Numbered from the stretch's first letter, positions 9,353 through 18,766 are shown. The stretch is DNA of 64,000 nt from Myxococcota bacterium (GCA_036149055.1 JAYZQJ010000031.1:1-64000); one strand, 5' to 3'. Numbers and translations: made by a program. The notes: generated by a model not told the origin, from the letters alone.

Positions 9353-10078
9353 ATGCCCCGCCTGATTTCCATCATGGACGCGAAGAAGCGAGACGCTCAG
9401 ATCGAGGTCGACTCGCCGAAGAAGAAGGAGCGTCACCGCTACGTCGACCCGGCCGGCAACCCGGTGCAGCACCAGCGCGTCATCAAGGGCACCGAGAAGA
9501 CGACCTACGAGGCGCTCGTGGCCGAGGCCGGCGATCCGGACGCGCTCGCGCAGGCGCTGATCGACGGCGACCCCGAGCTCGATCTCGATCAGGTCGGCCG
9601 GCGCCTCGCCCACACCTCCCGCGTCTACCTCGGCCCCGCCGGCAACGTGCTCTACGTCGCGCGCATCCTGAAGGTCGTCTACGACGCCAAGGGCGAGGAG
9701 CAGAGCCGCGAGGACTTCGTGGACGTCGAGGCCACGGTCGGCGAGGAGCTGCCGCCGATCCCCTGGACCGGCCGGCTCATGCCGATCGACACGGTGATCC
9801 GGCGCTTCGCCTTCGTGCGCAAGCTGCAGCTGCGTCACGTCAACGGGCTGACCTTCGACTTCCTCTACGAGATCGCCGAGGCGCTCCAGAAGGAGAACAA
9901 GCTGATGCTCGTCGGCGCCGGCAAGAAGGGGCAGAGCCCGCTGATCTTCCAGACCAACGGCACCCCCTTCCGCGGCTTCCTCGAGGGCCGCGTGCAGGAC
10001 GGCGGCTACCGCCTGGTGCTGCACCTCTCCAACCTCGAGATCAAGCGCGTGACCGAAGACGAAGAGGAGGCGGGCTGA
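9353..10078 (+). CDS. Hypothetical protein, candidate divergent Ku-like subunit B
   Basis: GAGAGGA RBS; RYVDPAGNPVQHQRV..TTYEALV and FVRKLQL..IAEALQKENKL..LVLHLSNLEIK resemble bacterial Ku blocks; TGATG overlap with the ligase gene. Confidence 0.65.
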   Translation: MPRLISIMDAKKRDAQIEVDSPKKKERHRYVDPAGNPVQHQRVIKGTEKTTYEALVAEAGDPDALAQALIDGDPELDLDQVGRRLAHTSRVYLGPAGNVLYVARILKVVYDAKGEEQSREDFVDVEATVGEELPPIPWTGRLMPIDTVIRRFAFVRKLQLRHVNGLTFDFLYEIAEALQKENKLMLVGAGKKGQSPLIFQTNGTPFRGFLEGRVQDGGYRLVLHLSNLEIKRVTEDEEEAG

Positions 10079-11580
10079 TGCTCTGGTCCGAGAGCTGGTC
10101 GGGCTACGCCGACGGAAAGCGCGCCCCGGTCGGGGGGCTCGCCGACGAGGCGCTCGCGAAGCGGCTGCGCATCTACAAGCGGCAGGTCGCCAAGCGCTAC
10201 CGGGTGATCGATCCCGAGCAGATCGAGCGCCTCCTGACGCAGGGCCCCTATCACATCTCCACCAAGCTCGACGGCGAGCTCTGGTTCCTCGTCAAGCGCG
10301 AGGGCGAGGTCGCGCTCTGCGCCTACAACGGCCGGGTCCTCATGGGCACGCCGCTCGCGAAGGAGGCCGCCGAGCGCCTCGCGGACGCGGGCGACGTGAT
10401 CCTCGCCGGGGAGCTGGTGGCGGAGCCGGAGAGCGGCAGCGGCCGCGCGCGCGTGCACCACGTGGCCACCGCGCTCGGCGCGGACGAGCTCGAGAAGACG
10501 CTGTCCTTCCACGCCTTCGACCTCGTCGAGGACGACGGCAAGGACACGCTGCTCGTCGACTACGACGCGCGCGTCAGCCGCATGAGCGAGCTGCTCGGCG
10601 AGGGCGGCCGGGTGCGCGTCGCCGAGACGGTGGTCGGGGAGCCCGCGGACGTCGTCCGCCTCTACCGCGAGTGGGTCGTCTCCGATCGCTTCGAGGGCCT
10701 GGTGGTGCGCTCGGAGCGGGGGCTCACCTACAAGATCAAGAGCACCCTGACCCTCGACGCGGTGGTGATCGCCTTCGGCGAGCGCATCACCGGCGACGTG
10801 CACCAGGTGCGCGAGATGAGCGTCGCGCTCATGCGGGACGACGGAACCTTCCAGCTGCTCGGCGCGGTCGGCAACGGCCTGAGCGAGCAGGATCGCGCCG
10901 ACTGGTTCCAGCGCCTCTCCCCGATGCAGGTCGAGAGCCGCTTCCGGCTCGCCAACCGCGAGGGCACGCTGAGCCAGTTCGTCGCGCCGAAGATCGTGGT
11001 CGAGGTGCGCTGCTCGGATCTCCTCGCCTCCGACAGCTGGGACGCCCCCATCCGCCGGATGAGCCTGCGCTACACCGAGAACAAGGGCTGGGAGCCGATC
11101 CGCGAGACGCCGACCGCGGTGATGATCCACCCGATCTTCCTACGCGAGCGCACCGACAAGGCGGTCGACGTCGAGAGCATCGGCATGACCCAGATCACCA
11201 GCCGCGTGCCGCTCTCCACGCCCGAGGAGCAGGCGGCGCCGGTGGAGCAGAAGCCGGCCGAGGTCGTGCGACGCGCGGTGTTCACCAAGACGACCAAGGG
11301 CAAGGTCGCCGTGCGCAAGTACATGATCGTCGACACGAACAAGGGCGACGCCCGCGGCTACCCGCCCTTCGTGACCTTCTTCACCGACTACTCCGCCGGG
11401 CGAAAGGAGCCCCTCCAGACCGCGCTCCGCACCGCGAGCGACATGGAGAAGGCGGAGGCTCAGGTGGTCGAGTGGATGGGCAAGAACATCAAGCGCGGCT
11501 GGGGCGAGGAGGAGCAGGCCCGGGTCGGCGACCTGGTCCCTCCGCCGCCCGACGCCGCGAAGATTCTGGCGAAGAAGTAG
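10078..11580 (+). CDS. ATP-dependent DNA ligase-like protein (adenylation domain + OB fold + WGR-like C-terminal domain)
   Basis: Motif I KLDGE, III LAGEL, IIIa FHAFDLV, IV EGLVVR, V YKIK; OB features LDAVVIA, VGNGLS, PKIVVEV; motif VI HPIFLRERTDK. Confidence 0.85.
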   Translation: MLWSESWSGYADGKRAPVGGLADEALAKRLRIYKRQVAKRYRVIDPEQIERLLTQGPYHISTKLDGELWFLVKREGEVALCAYNGRVLMGTPLAKEAAERLADAGDVILAGELVAEPESGSGRARVHHVATALGADELEKTLSFHAFDLVEDDGKDTLLVDYDARVSRMSELLGEGGRVRVAETVVGEPADVVRLYREWVVSDRFEGLVVRSERGLTYKIKSTLTLDAVVIAFGERITGDVHQVREMSVALMRDDGTFQLLGAVGNGLSEQDRADWFQRLSPMQVESRFRLANREGTLSQFVAPKIVVEVRCSDLLASDSWDAPIRRMSLRYTENKGWEPIRETPTAVMIHPIFLRERTDKAVDVESIGMTQITSRVPLSTPEEQAAPVEQKPAEVVRRAVFTKTTKGKVAVRKYMIVDTNKGDARGYPPFVTFFTDYSAGRKEPLQTALRTASDMEKAEAQVVEWMGKNIKRGWGEEEQARVGDLVPPPPDAAKILAKK

Positions 11581-11587
11581 CCCGCGC

Positions 11588-12838
11588 TCAGGGCGCGACG
11601 ATGCGCACGACCGACGAGCCGAGCATGTAGAGCTCGCCGTTCGCGTCTTCGCCGAACGACGTGATGTTCGAGAGGCCGCCGCCGAGGCCCGTGGCCAGCT
11701 GCGCGCCGACCGCCTCGCCGTCGCACACCTTGAAGGCCGCGCGCTCGTTGTTGCAGTAGTCGCCGTAGAGGTACCAGCCCTGGAGGTCGGGGATGGCGGA
11801 GCCGCGGTAGACGTAGCCGCCGGTGACCGAGCAGCCGCCGATCGGCGCGCCGCCGTCGTGGGCGTACTCGAAGACCGGCTCGGCGTGCTCGGGCACGAGG
11901 TCGAGGTTGTCGGGGTTGAAGACGGTGGTGCCCTCGTAGGCCCGCCAGCCGTAGTTCTCGCCGCCGGCGGACGACGCGGGCTGGAAGTCGATCTCCTCCC
12001 ACTCGTTCTGCCCGACGTCGCCGATGTAGAGGTCGCCGGTGGCGCGGTCGAACGAGAACCGCCACGGGTTGCGCAGGCCGTAGGCCCAGATCTGCGCGAG
12101 GCCGCCGCCACCCTCGAAGGGGTTGCCGGCCGCGGCGTAGGAGGGCGCCGCGTCGACGTCGAGGCGCAGGATCTTGCCCATCAGGGTGTCGAGGTTCAGG
12201 CCGTTCCCGGTCGGGCCGTGACGATCGCCGCCGCCACCCCCGTCGCCGGTGCCGACGTAGAGGTGACCGTCGGGCCCGAAGGCGATCATGCCGCCGTTGT
12301 GGTTGTTCTCCGGGTCGTTGATGACCATCAGGCGCGCGACCTCGGTCGGGTCGGCGACGAACCGGTCGGAGGGCGCCGCGTACTCCGCCACGACGTTCTG
12401 CATCGCGTCGTTGGGCGTGTAGTAGATGAAGAAGCGCCCGTTGTCGGCGTAGTCGGGGTGGAAGGCGAGCCCCAGCAGGCCGCGCTCTCCGCCGAAGCCG
12501 ATCCGGCCCGTGAGATCGAGGAAGGTCTCGACGCCGCCGCCGCGCACCACCCGGATGCGGCCGACCTGCTCGACGATGAAGAGGCCGTCCACGCCCGCGG
12601 GCTGGGTGAGGAACACCGGGTTCTCGAAGCGGGTGCCGGGCGCCACCTCTTCGGTCGCCAGGGTCGGGAAGGTGAGGTCGTCGCAGAGATCGGGCGGCAG
12701 GCCCGAGTCCGGCTGGGGGCCGGTGTCGGGACGCGGGCCGGAGTCGCGCGGCGGCGGGGTGGAGGCGTCGGTGGCGGGGTCCTCCCCGTCGCACGCGGCG
12801 AGGGCGAGGCACCCGAGAAGCAGGCAAGCGGTTCGCAT
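11588..12838 (-). CDS. PQQ-dependent sugar dehydrogenase (GSDH family) lipoprotein
   Basis: GERGLLGLAFHPDY, NHNGGMIAFGPDG, YGLRNPWRFSFD and DVGQNEWEEID motifs; lipobox LAA-C after the ATG at 12838. Confidence 0.9.
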   Translation of the reverse strand: MRTACLLLGCLALAACDGEDPATDASTPPPRDSGPRPDTGPQPDSGLPPDLCDDLTFPTLATEEVAPGTRFENPVFLTQPAGVDGLFIVEQVGRIRVVRGGGVETFLDLTGRIGFGGERGLLGLAFHPDYADNGRFFIYYTPNDAMQNVVAEYAAPSDRFVADPTEVARLMVINDPENNHNGGMIAFGPDGHLYVGTGDGGGGGDRHGPTGNGLNLDTLMGKILRLDVDAAPSYAAAGNPFEGGGGLAQIWAYGLRNPWRFSFDRATGDLYIGDVGQNEWEEIDFQPASSAGGENYGWRAYEGTTVFNPDNLDLVPEHAEPVFEYAHDGGAPIGGCSVTGGYVYRGSAIPDLQGWYLYGDYCNNERAAFKVCDGEAVGAQLATGLGGGLSNITSFGEDANGELYMLGSSVVRIVAP

Positions 12839-12944
12839 GGGCGGAATGTAGCAGGTGCCCCGTGCACGTGTCGGGCTCCTCCCGGCTGGGAAAACGCCCG
12901 AGTCGCTTGGTATGATGGAAGAAGACGAGCTGGGAGGAACTCCG

Positions 12945-13862
12945 ATGGGCAGTCGATTCCGAGACGACGCCACGCAGCAGATCGAGACGTTGGGATCGCC
13001 GCCCGCTCGGCCGGTGGAGGGGCTCGGCGCCCCGGCGATACATCCGGACGTGTTCGGCCTGACCGACGTGGGCAAGGTGCGCGACCACAACGAGGACAGC
13101 TTCCTCGTGGCGCAGCTCGAGCGCTACATGCGGCTCTATCAATCGAGCCGCCCGGTCGACGACGGCACCAAGGTGAAGGGCCCCCCGCAGGGCTGGATCC
13201 TGATCGTGGCCGACGGCATGGGAGGTCACGCGGGCGGCGAGGTCGCGAGCGCGATGACCACCGACGCCCTCGCCCGCTACGCCTTCACGCTGATGCCCTG
13301 GTCGCTGCCGCGGAGCCGCGACGACAGCCGGGTGCTCGCGAGTGGCTTCCGCGACGCGGTGAAGAAGGTGCAGCAGGACATGCGCGAGGCCGCCAGCAGC
13401 AGCGGCCGCAAGGGCATGGGCACCACCCTCACCATGGCCTACGTCACCTGGCCCAACCTCTTCGTGGTGCACGTCGGCGACAGCCGCATGTACGCGATGC
13501 GCGAGGGGCGCCTCTACCAGATCACGCACGACCACACGCTCGCCCAGCAGCTGGTCGAGTCGAAGGTCATGAGCTCCGAGGAGGCCGAGGACAGCGAGTT
13601 CTCGAACATCCTCGTCAACGCGCTCGGCGGCGACAGCGACGAGCTCCGGGTCGAGCTGCACCACGCGCTGCTCTTCCCGGGCGACGTCTTCATGCTCTGC
13701 TCGGACGGGCTCAACAAACACGTGACCGACGACCGCATCCGCGAGCTGCTCGGCGGCGTGGCCGGCGGCGAGACCGCGGAGTCCGCCGCCCGGGCCCTGG
13801 TCGACGACGCGCTCCAGGACGGCGGCACCGACAACGTGACCTGCGTCGTCGCGCGCTTCTGA
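12945..13862 (+). CDS. PP2C-family Ser/Thr protein phosphatase
   Basis: TDVGKVRDHNED, VADGMGGH, GMGTT, HVGDSR, CSDGL and GGTDNVT motifs; GGAGG RBS before the ATG at 12945. Confidence 0.9.
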   Translation: MGSRFRDDATQQIETLGSPPARPVEGLGAPAIHPDVFGLTDVGKVRDHNEDSFLVAQLERYMRLYQSSRPVDDGTKVKGPPQGWILIVADGMGGHAGGEVASAMTTDALARYAFTLMPWSLPRSRDDSRVLASGFRDAVKKVQQDMREAASSSGRKGMGTTLTMAYVTWPNLFVVHVGDSRMYAMREGRLYQITHDHTLAQQLVESKVMSSEEAEDSEFSNILVNALGGDSDELRVELHHALLFPGDVFMLCSDGLNKHVTDDRIRELLGGVAGGETAESAARALVDDALQDGGTDNVTCVVARF

Positions 13863-13866
13863 CCGG

Positions 13867-14124
13867 TCAGCGTCGGCGGTCTCGCTCGAGCCGCCGGATC
13901 ACCTTCTTCAGCACCGCCGCCTCGGACATCCCGGGGTGGCGGTCTCGCTCGGCGTCGACCAGGCGCTGGGCCACCAGCGGGTCGTGCACGAGCTTGCGGA
14001 GCGTGCGCCAGAGCGCCGGGACCGACGCCTTCCGCTTCGCGCGGGGGCCGCGGCCGCCGAACGACCACCAGACGATCACGGCGAGGACCGCGAGGAAGAC
14101 GGCGACGAGGACGAGCTGGCTCAT
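13867..14124 (-). CDS. Small membrane-anchored hypothetical protein
   Basis: N-terminal TM helix followed by a basic helical domain; fills the gap between neighbouring genes. Confidence 0.65.
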   Translation of the reverse strand: MSQLVLVAVFLAVLAVIVWWSFGGRGPRAKRKASVPALWRTLRKLVHDPLVAQRLVDAERDRHPGMSEAAVLKKVIRRLERDRRR

Positions 14125-14164
14125 CGCCCTGCCCTACGCGCGGAGCCGCGGATCGATTCCCCCG

Positions 14165-14998
14165 CTAGCGACAGGCCGAGAGCCCCACCGGCATGCCGCC
14201 GCCGCGGAGGTGGGCCATCGCGCAGCTCGGCTCGGCGTCCCGGCAGAAGATCAGCTCGTTGGGCTCGTGGCCCTGGTAGAGCAGCTCCTGCGCGCAGGTG
14301 GGCTCGGCCCCGTCGCAGAAGATCTCCGCGCTCGCCGGGTGCCCGATGTCGGCGAGCGCGGCCTCGCAGCTCGGCTGCGCGCTGGGGTGAGCCACGTCGG
14401 GGCCGACCACGCCGGCGCCGACGCTGACCTGCGCCTGATGCGGCTGCGCGTACTGCGGCTGCTGGAGCTGCGGCTGCTGAAACTGGGGCTGCGGCTGCGC
14501 GTACTGCGGCTGCTGGACCACCACCGGCGCGACGGTCGGCGCGACGACGACGTCGGGCGCCGCCTCGGCCAGGCGGATCTGATGCTCCCGAGCCTCCCGC
14601 AGGGGGCGCGCGATCTCCTCGTCGATCTGCCGCTGGAGGTGGGTGATCATCCGGTCGTAGCGCGGGTGGATCCAGGCGGCGCCGCCCCGGTCGACGCTGT
14701 GCCGGAGCCCGGCGCTGTCGAGGTACTGGATCTGGTAGCCGGCCGGGTTGTAGGCGATGCCGACCCGGAGCGTGATCCGGCCCCGCGTGTAGCGCGCGAC
14801 GAGCTGGTTCTGCGCCTCCTGCTCCACCACGAACTGATCCGCCTCGAGCGCCCGGAAGAGCGCCGCGCGGACGTCACCGGGGGCGTGTCGACCGCCGATG
14901 GCCCCCGCGGTCGTCGTGCGGAGCGGGACCCCCCGCCTCCCGCAGCCCACCGCGAGCGTCGCCATCACCACCAAGCCCAGAATCGTCGCCTTCCGCAT
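14165..14998 (-). CDS. Hypothetical lipoprotein with a Gln/Pro-rich linker and a Cys-containing C-terminal domain
   Basis: MRKATILGLVVMATLAVG-C lipobox; GGGGAGAGG RBS; QQPQYAQP repeat. Confidence 0.75.
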   Translation of the reverse strand: MRKATILGLVVMATLAVGCGRRGVPLRTTTAGAIGGRHAPGDVRAALFRALEADQFVVEQEAQNQLVARYTRGRITLRVGIAYNPAGYQIQYLDSAGLRHSVDRGGAAWIHPRYDRMITHLQRQIDEEIARPLREAREHQIRLAEAAPDVVVAPTVAPVVVQQPQYAQPQPQFQQPQLQQPQYAQPHQAQVSVGAGVVGPDVAHPSAQPSCEAALADIGHPASAEIFCDGAEPTCAQELLYQGHEPNELIFCRDAEPSCAMAHLRGGGMPVGLSACR

Positions 14999-15157
14999 GC
15001 CCTCTCCCCTGGATCCGAATGGGTGCGCCCGCGAGCAGAATCCGGACCAGCCCCGCACGCGGGAGAGATCGGGACGGACTGGCTGGTGGCGTGACCACTC
15101 GTTCACGGTGGAGTGGAGGCTCGACCGGTCAGCGCGTCACGGTGACGGTGAGACCGC

Positions 15158-16549
15158 TCACGCGTGCCGGAGGTGGAAGGACTTCGGCCGGGTGAGGTAC
15201 GCGTAGCCCAGCCTGGAGAGGGTGCAGCCGCGTCCGGAGTCCTTCACGCCCACCCAGGCCAGCTCCGGGTCCAGGTAATCGCAGCGGTTCATGAACACGG
15301 TGCCGGTCTCGAGCCGGTCTCCGATGGAGGACGCGGCGTCGAGGTCCTCGGTGTAGATGGCGGCGGTCAGGCCGAAGCGGCTGTCGTTCATGAGCCGCAC
15401 CGCCTCCTCGTCGTCCTTCACCTTCATCACGCCGACGACCGGGCCGAAGGTCTCCTCGCGCATCAGCTCCATGTCGTGGGTGACGTCGACCAGGAGCTGC
15501 GGCGCGAGGTAGGGGTCGCCCTTCTCCGCCGCGATCGGGAAGCGCGCCGCGTCGACGAGCGGCCGGGCCCCCGCCGCGACCGCCGCCTCGATCTGGGCGC
15601 GGATGCCCTCGGCCGCCTTCGCGCGGACCACCGGGCCGAGGTTCGTCTCCGCCTGGGTCGGGTCCCCGAGGCGGTAGGCCTCGACCAGCGCCCGCGCCTT
15701 CTCGACGAACGCGTCGTACGCCGCCTCGTGCACGTAGATGCGCTCGATGCCGCAGCAGCTCTGCCCGCTGTTGAAGAAGGCGCCGTCGATCAGCCCCTCG
15801 GCCGCCTTCTCGGGATCGGCGTCCGCCCGCACGTAGCCGGGGTCCTTGCCGCCGAGCTCGAGGCCGACGCCGACGAAGCGATCGCTCGACGCGCGCTCCA
15901 CCGCGTGGCCGCCCGGCACGCTCCCGGTGAAGGCGACGAAGCCGACCCGCGGATCCGCCACCGCCTCGGCGACGCGATCGTGGCTCATGTGCAAGAAGTC
16001 GAAGACGCCCGGCTCGATGCCGGCCGCCCGCGCGTGCTCCACCATGCGCTCGGAGACGAGCGGCGTCTGATCGCTGTGCTTCAGCACCACCGCGTTGCCG
16101 GCCATCAGCGCCGGCACCACCGCGTTGACCGCGGTCAGCCACGGGTAGTTCCAGGGCGCGAGCACGAGCACGACGCCGAGCGGCTCGCGGCGGATGAAGC
16201 GCGTGAAGCCGTCCTTCTGCGGCACCTCGACGTCGCGCAGCTCCTCCAGCCCCAGCCGGATCATCGTGCGCGCCCGGTCTTCGAACCCGCCGACCTCGCC
16301 CGGCGTCTGGGAGATCGGCCGCCCCATCTGCCAGGTCAGCTCCTCGGCGATCCGCGCTTTGTCCGCGACCACCGCGTCGACGAACGCGCTCAGCCGCTCC
16401 GCGCGCTTCTCCCTCGAGGTCTCCCGCCACCCCCGCTGCGCCTCCTCGGCGCGCGAGAGCGTCTCGTTCAGCTCGCCCGCCGAGGCGAGCGGGCGCTCCA
16501 CGTAGATCGAGCCATCCACGGGCGACACGGTCCGAAGCTTCTCCGTCAT
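15158..16549 (-). CDS. NAD(P)-dependent aldehyde dehydrogenase
   Basis: APWNYP, FTGS, LELGGKDP, FFNSGQSCC and EETFGP motifs. The upstream ORF extension runs into repeats, so the start was placed at MTEKLRT. Confidence 0.9.
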   Translation of the reverse strand: MTEKLRTVSPVDGSIYVERPLASAGELNETLSRAEEAQRGWRETSREKRAERLSAFVDAVVADKARIAEELTWQMGRPISQTPGEVGGFEDRARTMIRLGLEELRDVEVPQKDGFTRFIRREPLGVVLVLAPWNYPWLTAVNAVVPALMAGNAVVLKHSDQTPLVSERMVEHARAAGIEPGVFDFLHMSHDRVAEAVADPRVGFVAFTGSVPGGHAVERASSDRFVGVGLELGGKDPGYVRADADPEKAAEGLIDGAFFNSGQSCCGIERIYVHEAAYDAFVEKARALVEAYRLGDPTQAETNLGPVVRAKAAEGIRAQIEAAVAAGARPLVDAARFPIAAEKGDPYLAPQLLVDVTHDMELMREETFGPVVGVMKVKDDEEAVRLMNDSRFGLTAAIYTEDLDAASSIGDRLETGTVFMNRCDYLDPELAWVGVKDSGRGCTLSRLGYAYLTRPKSFHLRHA

Positions 16550-16639
16550 GGCCCCATTTCTAACCGCGCCGGCCCCTTCGTACGAGGGGTCGTTCGGCGA
16601 ATTGCGCCGTTCGGCAGTGGCGCGCGCCAAGCCGCTCGC

Positions 16640-17490
16640 GGGCTCGACCGAGCGCGGGTCGGCAGCTTCGAGTTTTTGCTCTCGCCAAGCCGCCAAGCCG
16701 CAAAGAGACGGACGGGCCGCGCGATGGAGGCTCGCCGCCGGGGGCTCGAACGAGCGCGGGTCGGCAGCTGCTTTTTCTCTCGCAGAGACGCAGAGACGCA
16801 GAGAGAGAGCGGGCCGCGGGATGGAGGCTCGCCGCCGGGCGCTCGGACGAGCGCGGCGCGTGAGTAGCAATTTTGCTCTCGCCAAGCCGCCAAGCCGCAA
16901 AGGGGCGGACGGGCCGCGCGATGGAGGCTCGCCGCCGGGGGCTCGGACGAGCGCGGGTCGGCAGCTGCTTTTTCTCTCGCAGAGACGCAGAGACGCAGAG
17001 ACGCAGAGAGAGAGCGGGCCGCGGGATGGGCGCTCGCCGCCAGGTGCCGAGCGGCGCGCGGGCCCTCCCCACGAGGCCAGCCAGCCCAGCCCCGGCGAGC
17101 CGCCACCCCGCCGCCCCCCCCCTTGCCGGCTTGGCGGCTTTGCGCGAGCCCATCACCCCCACGCGCACCTGATCTGACACCACTCCGAGCGGCAGCCAGC
17201 CCAGCCCCGGCGAGCGACCACCCCGCCGCCACCCAGCCCCTTGGCGGCTTGGCGGCTTTGCGAGAGCCCATCACCCCCAAACGAACCTGATCGGACACCA
17301 CTCCGAGCGTCGGCCTACCGAGCCTCGGCGAGCCGCCACCCCGCCGCCCCTCTGCGACTCTGCGTCTCTGCGAGAGACCTGTTCGACCCAGTCACCACTC
17401 CGAGCGGCAGCCCGCCCAGCCCCGGCGAGCCGCCACCCCGCGGCCACCCAGCCCCTTGGCGGCTTGGCGGCTTTGCGAGAGCCCATCACC
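16640..17490. repeat. Cluster of eight REP-like units (family 2): four forward then four inverted
   Basis: Cores CTCTCGCCAAGCCGCCAAGCCGCAAAG or CTCTCGCAGAGACGCAGAGACGCAGAG at about 16679, 16777, 16876 and 16974; inverted cores at about 17122, 17240, 17350 and 17455; linkers also repeat. Confidence 0.9.
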
Positions 17491-17506
17491 CCCCAAACGC
17501 CCCCAC

Positions 17507-18766
17507 TCAGAGGGCGCGGGAGGTTTCTTCGAGCTCCTTGCCCTTGGTCTCGGGGAGGAGCCAGAGGATGAGGATCAGGGCGAGGATGGGGCCGATGGCG
17601 GTGATGGCGACCGCGGGGCCGTAGCCGAAGGCCTCGGCCGCCGCGCCGACCGCCCAGGGGGCGAGCACGTAGCCGATGCGGCCGAGGATGTTGTTCGACC
17701 AGGCGAAGGCGTCGCCGCGCAGGTGGGTGGGGAAGAGCTCGGTGTTGTAGGCGTTGAGCACCGGGAGCACCGCGCTGACCCCGAAGATGGCGCCGACCAC
17801 CGCGAGCGTCAGCCAGGGGCCGGGCTCGGTCAGGGTGTAGGCCGCGACGCAGGAGGCGCTGGTGACGACGAAGATGATCACCGCGCCGAGGCGCCGCCCG
17901 ATCCAGTCGAGGAGCTTGCCGGCGGCGAACACGAGCGGCATCGCGGCCACCGCGGCGAGGCTGATGACGCCGCCGACCGCGGTCGCGTCCATGTGCGGCC
18001 CGTAGGCGGGCGCCGGCGCGGACGCGTACTCCTTCCAGTACATGATCGCGGTCGCGGTGCAGACGTAGGTCAGCCCCCAGATGAGCGCGAGCTGGAGCAC
18101 CCGCTTCCGGTAGGGCGTCCTCCAGATGCGCATCATCGGCTTGGGCGCGGCGCGCTCCTCGGCGGTCATCGCCGCGAACCGGCTGCTCTCCTTCAGGCTC
18201 CGCCGCGCGACCGCGAGCAGGACCAGCGGGATGGCGCCGACGAAGTAGACCATGCGCCAGCCGTAGTCCGTCTCGATCAGCAGCGGCACGAGCCCGGCGC
18301 AGGCGATGCTGCCGAACGACGAGAACCCCTGGATGAGCCCGATCATCAGCCCGCGGTGCTTCGCGGGGAAGTCCTCCGCCGCGTAGACCATGCTGATGGC
18401 CCACTCCGCGATGAGGAAGATGCGCGCGAGGAACTGCGCGGCCGCGAACCACCACACGTTCGGCGCGAGGCCGGTGAGGAACGTGAAGACCGTGTAGCCC
18501 GCGATCGTGATCGTCAGGACGCGGCGTCGCCCCCACTTGTCGGCCTGCCGCACCAGCAGGTAGGCGAGGATCGTCCCGACGTTGATCACCGCCACGACGA
18601 GCCCGCCCATCGTCTCGTCGATCCCCATGTCGGCCCGGAACTCGGGGAGGATCTGGGAGAGCGCGATGTGGTCGTAGCCCTCGAAGAACGTGGCCACGCC
18701 GAGGAAGACGAACAGCCTCCAGTGATACCCGGTCAGCTTCTCGTCTTCGGGTGCCGCGTCGCTCAC
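17507..18766 (-). CDS. MFS transporter
   Basis: ADKWGRRRVL (motif A), LDWIGRR and ELFPTHLRG; about 12 TM segments; C-terminal PETKG. Confidence 0.9.
   Translation of the reverse strand: MSDAAPEDEKLTGYHWRLFVFLGVATFFEGYDHIALSQILPEFRADMGIDETMGGLVVAVINVGTILAYLLVRQADKWGRRRVLTITIAGYTVFTFLTGLAPNVWWFAAAQFLARIFLIAEWAISMVYAAEDFPAKHRGLMIGLIQGFSSFGSIACAGLVPLLIETDYGWRMVYFVGAIPLVLLAVARRSLKESSRFAAMTAEERAAPKPMMRIWRTPYRKRVLQLALIWGLTYVCTATAIMYWKEYASAPAPAYGPHMDATAVGGVISLAAVAAMPLVFAAGKLLDWIGRRLGAVIIFVVTSASCVAAYTLTEPGPWLTLAVVGAIFGVSAVLPVLNAYNTELFPTHLRGDAFAWSNNILGRIGYVLAPWAVGAAAEAFGYGPAVAITAIGPILALILILWLLPETKGKELEETSRAL

Noticed and set aside
8731..10078. Toxin-antitoxin or T6SS effector-immunity reading of the two small ORFs
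   Set aside because: No toxin motifs or export signals; they are coupled to a ligase gene and lie about 9 kb from the T6SS.
11858..15094. 1078-aa plus-strand ORF
   Set aside because: It overlaps four well-supported genes and has no recognisable domain.
16640..17490. CRISPR array
   Set aside because: The inter-core sequences are themselves repeated rather than unique spacers, orientation flips midway, and no cas genes are present.
16546..17624. ORFs across the repeat region, including the 117-aa N-terminal extension of the aldehyde dehydrogenase
   Set aside because: They are translations of the repeat cores (RRDAETQR, SRKAAKPP) and show no protein-like features.
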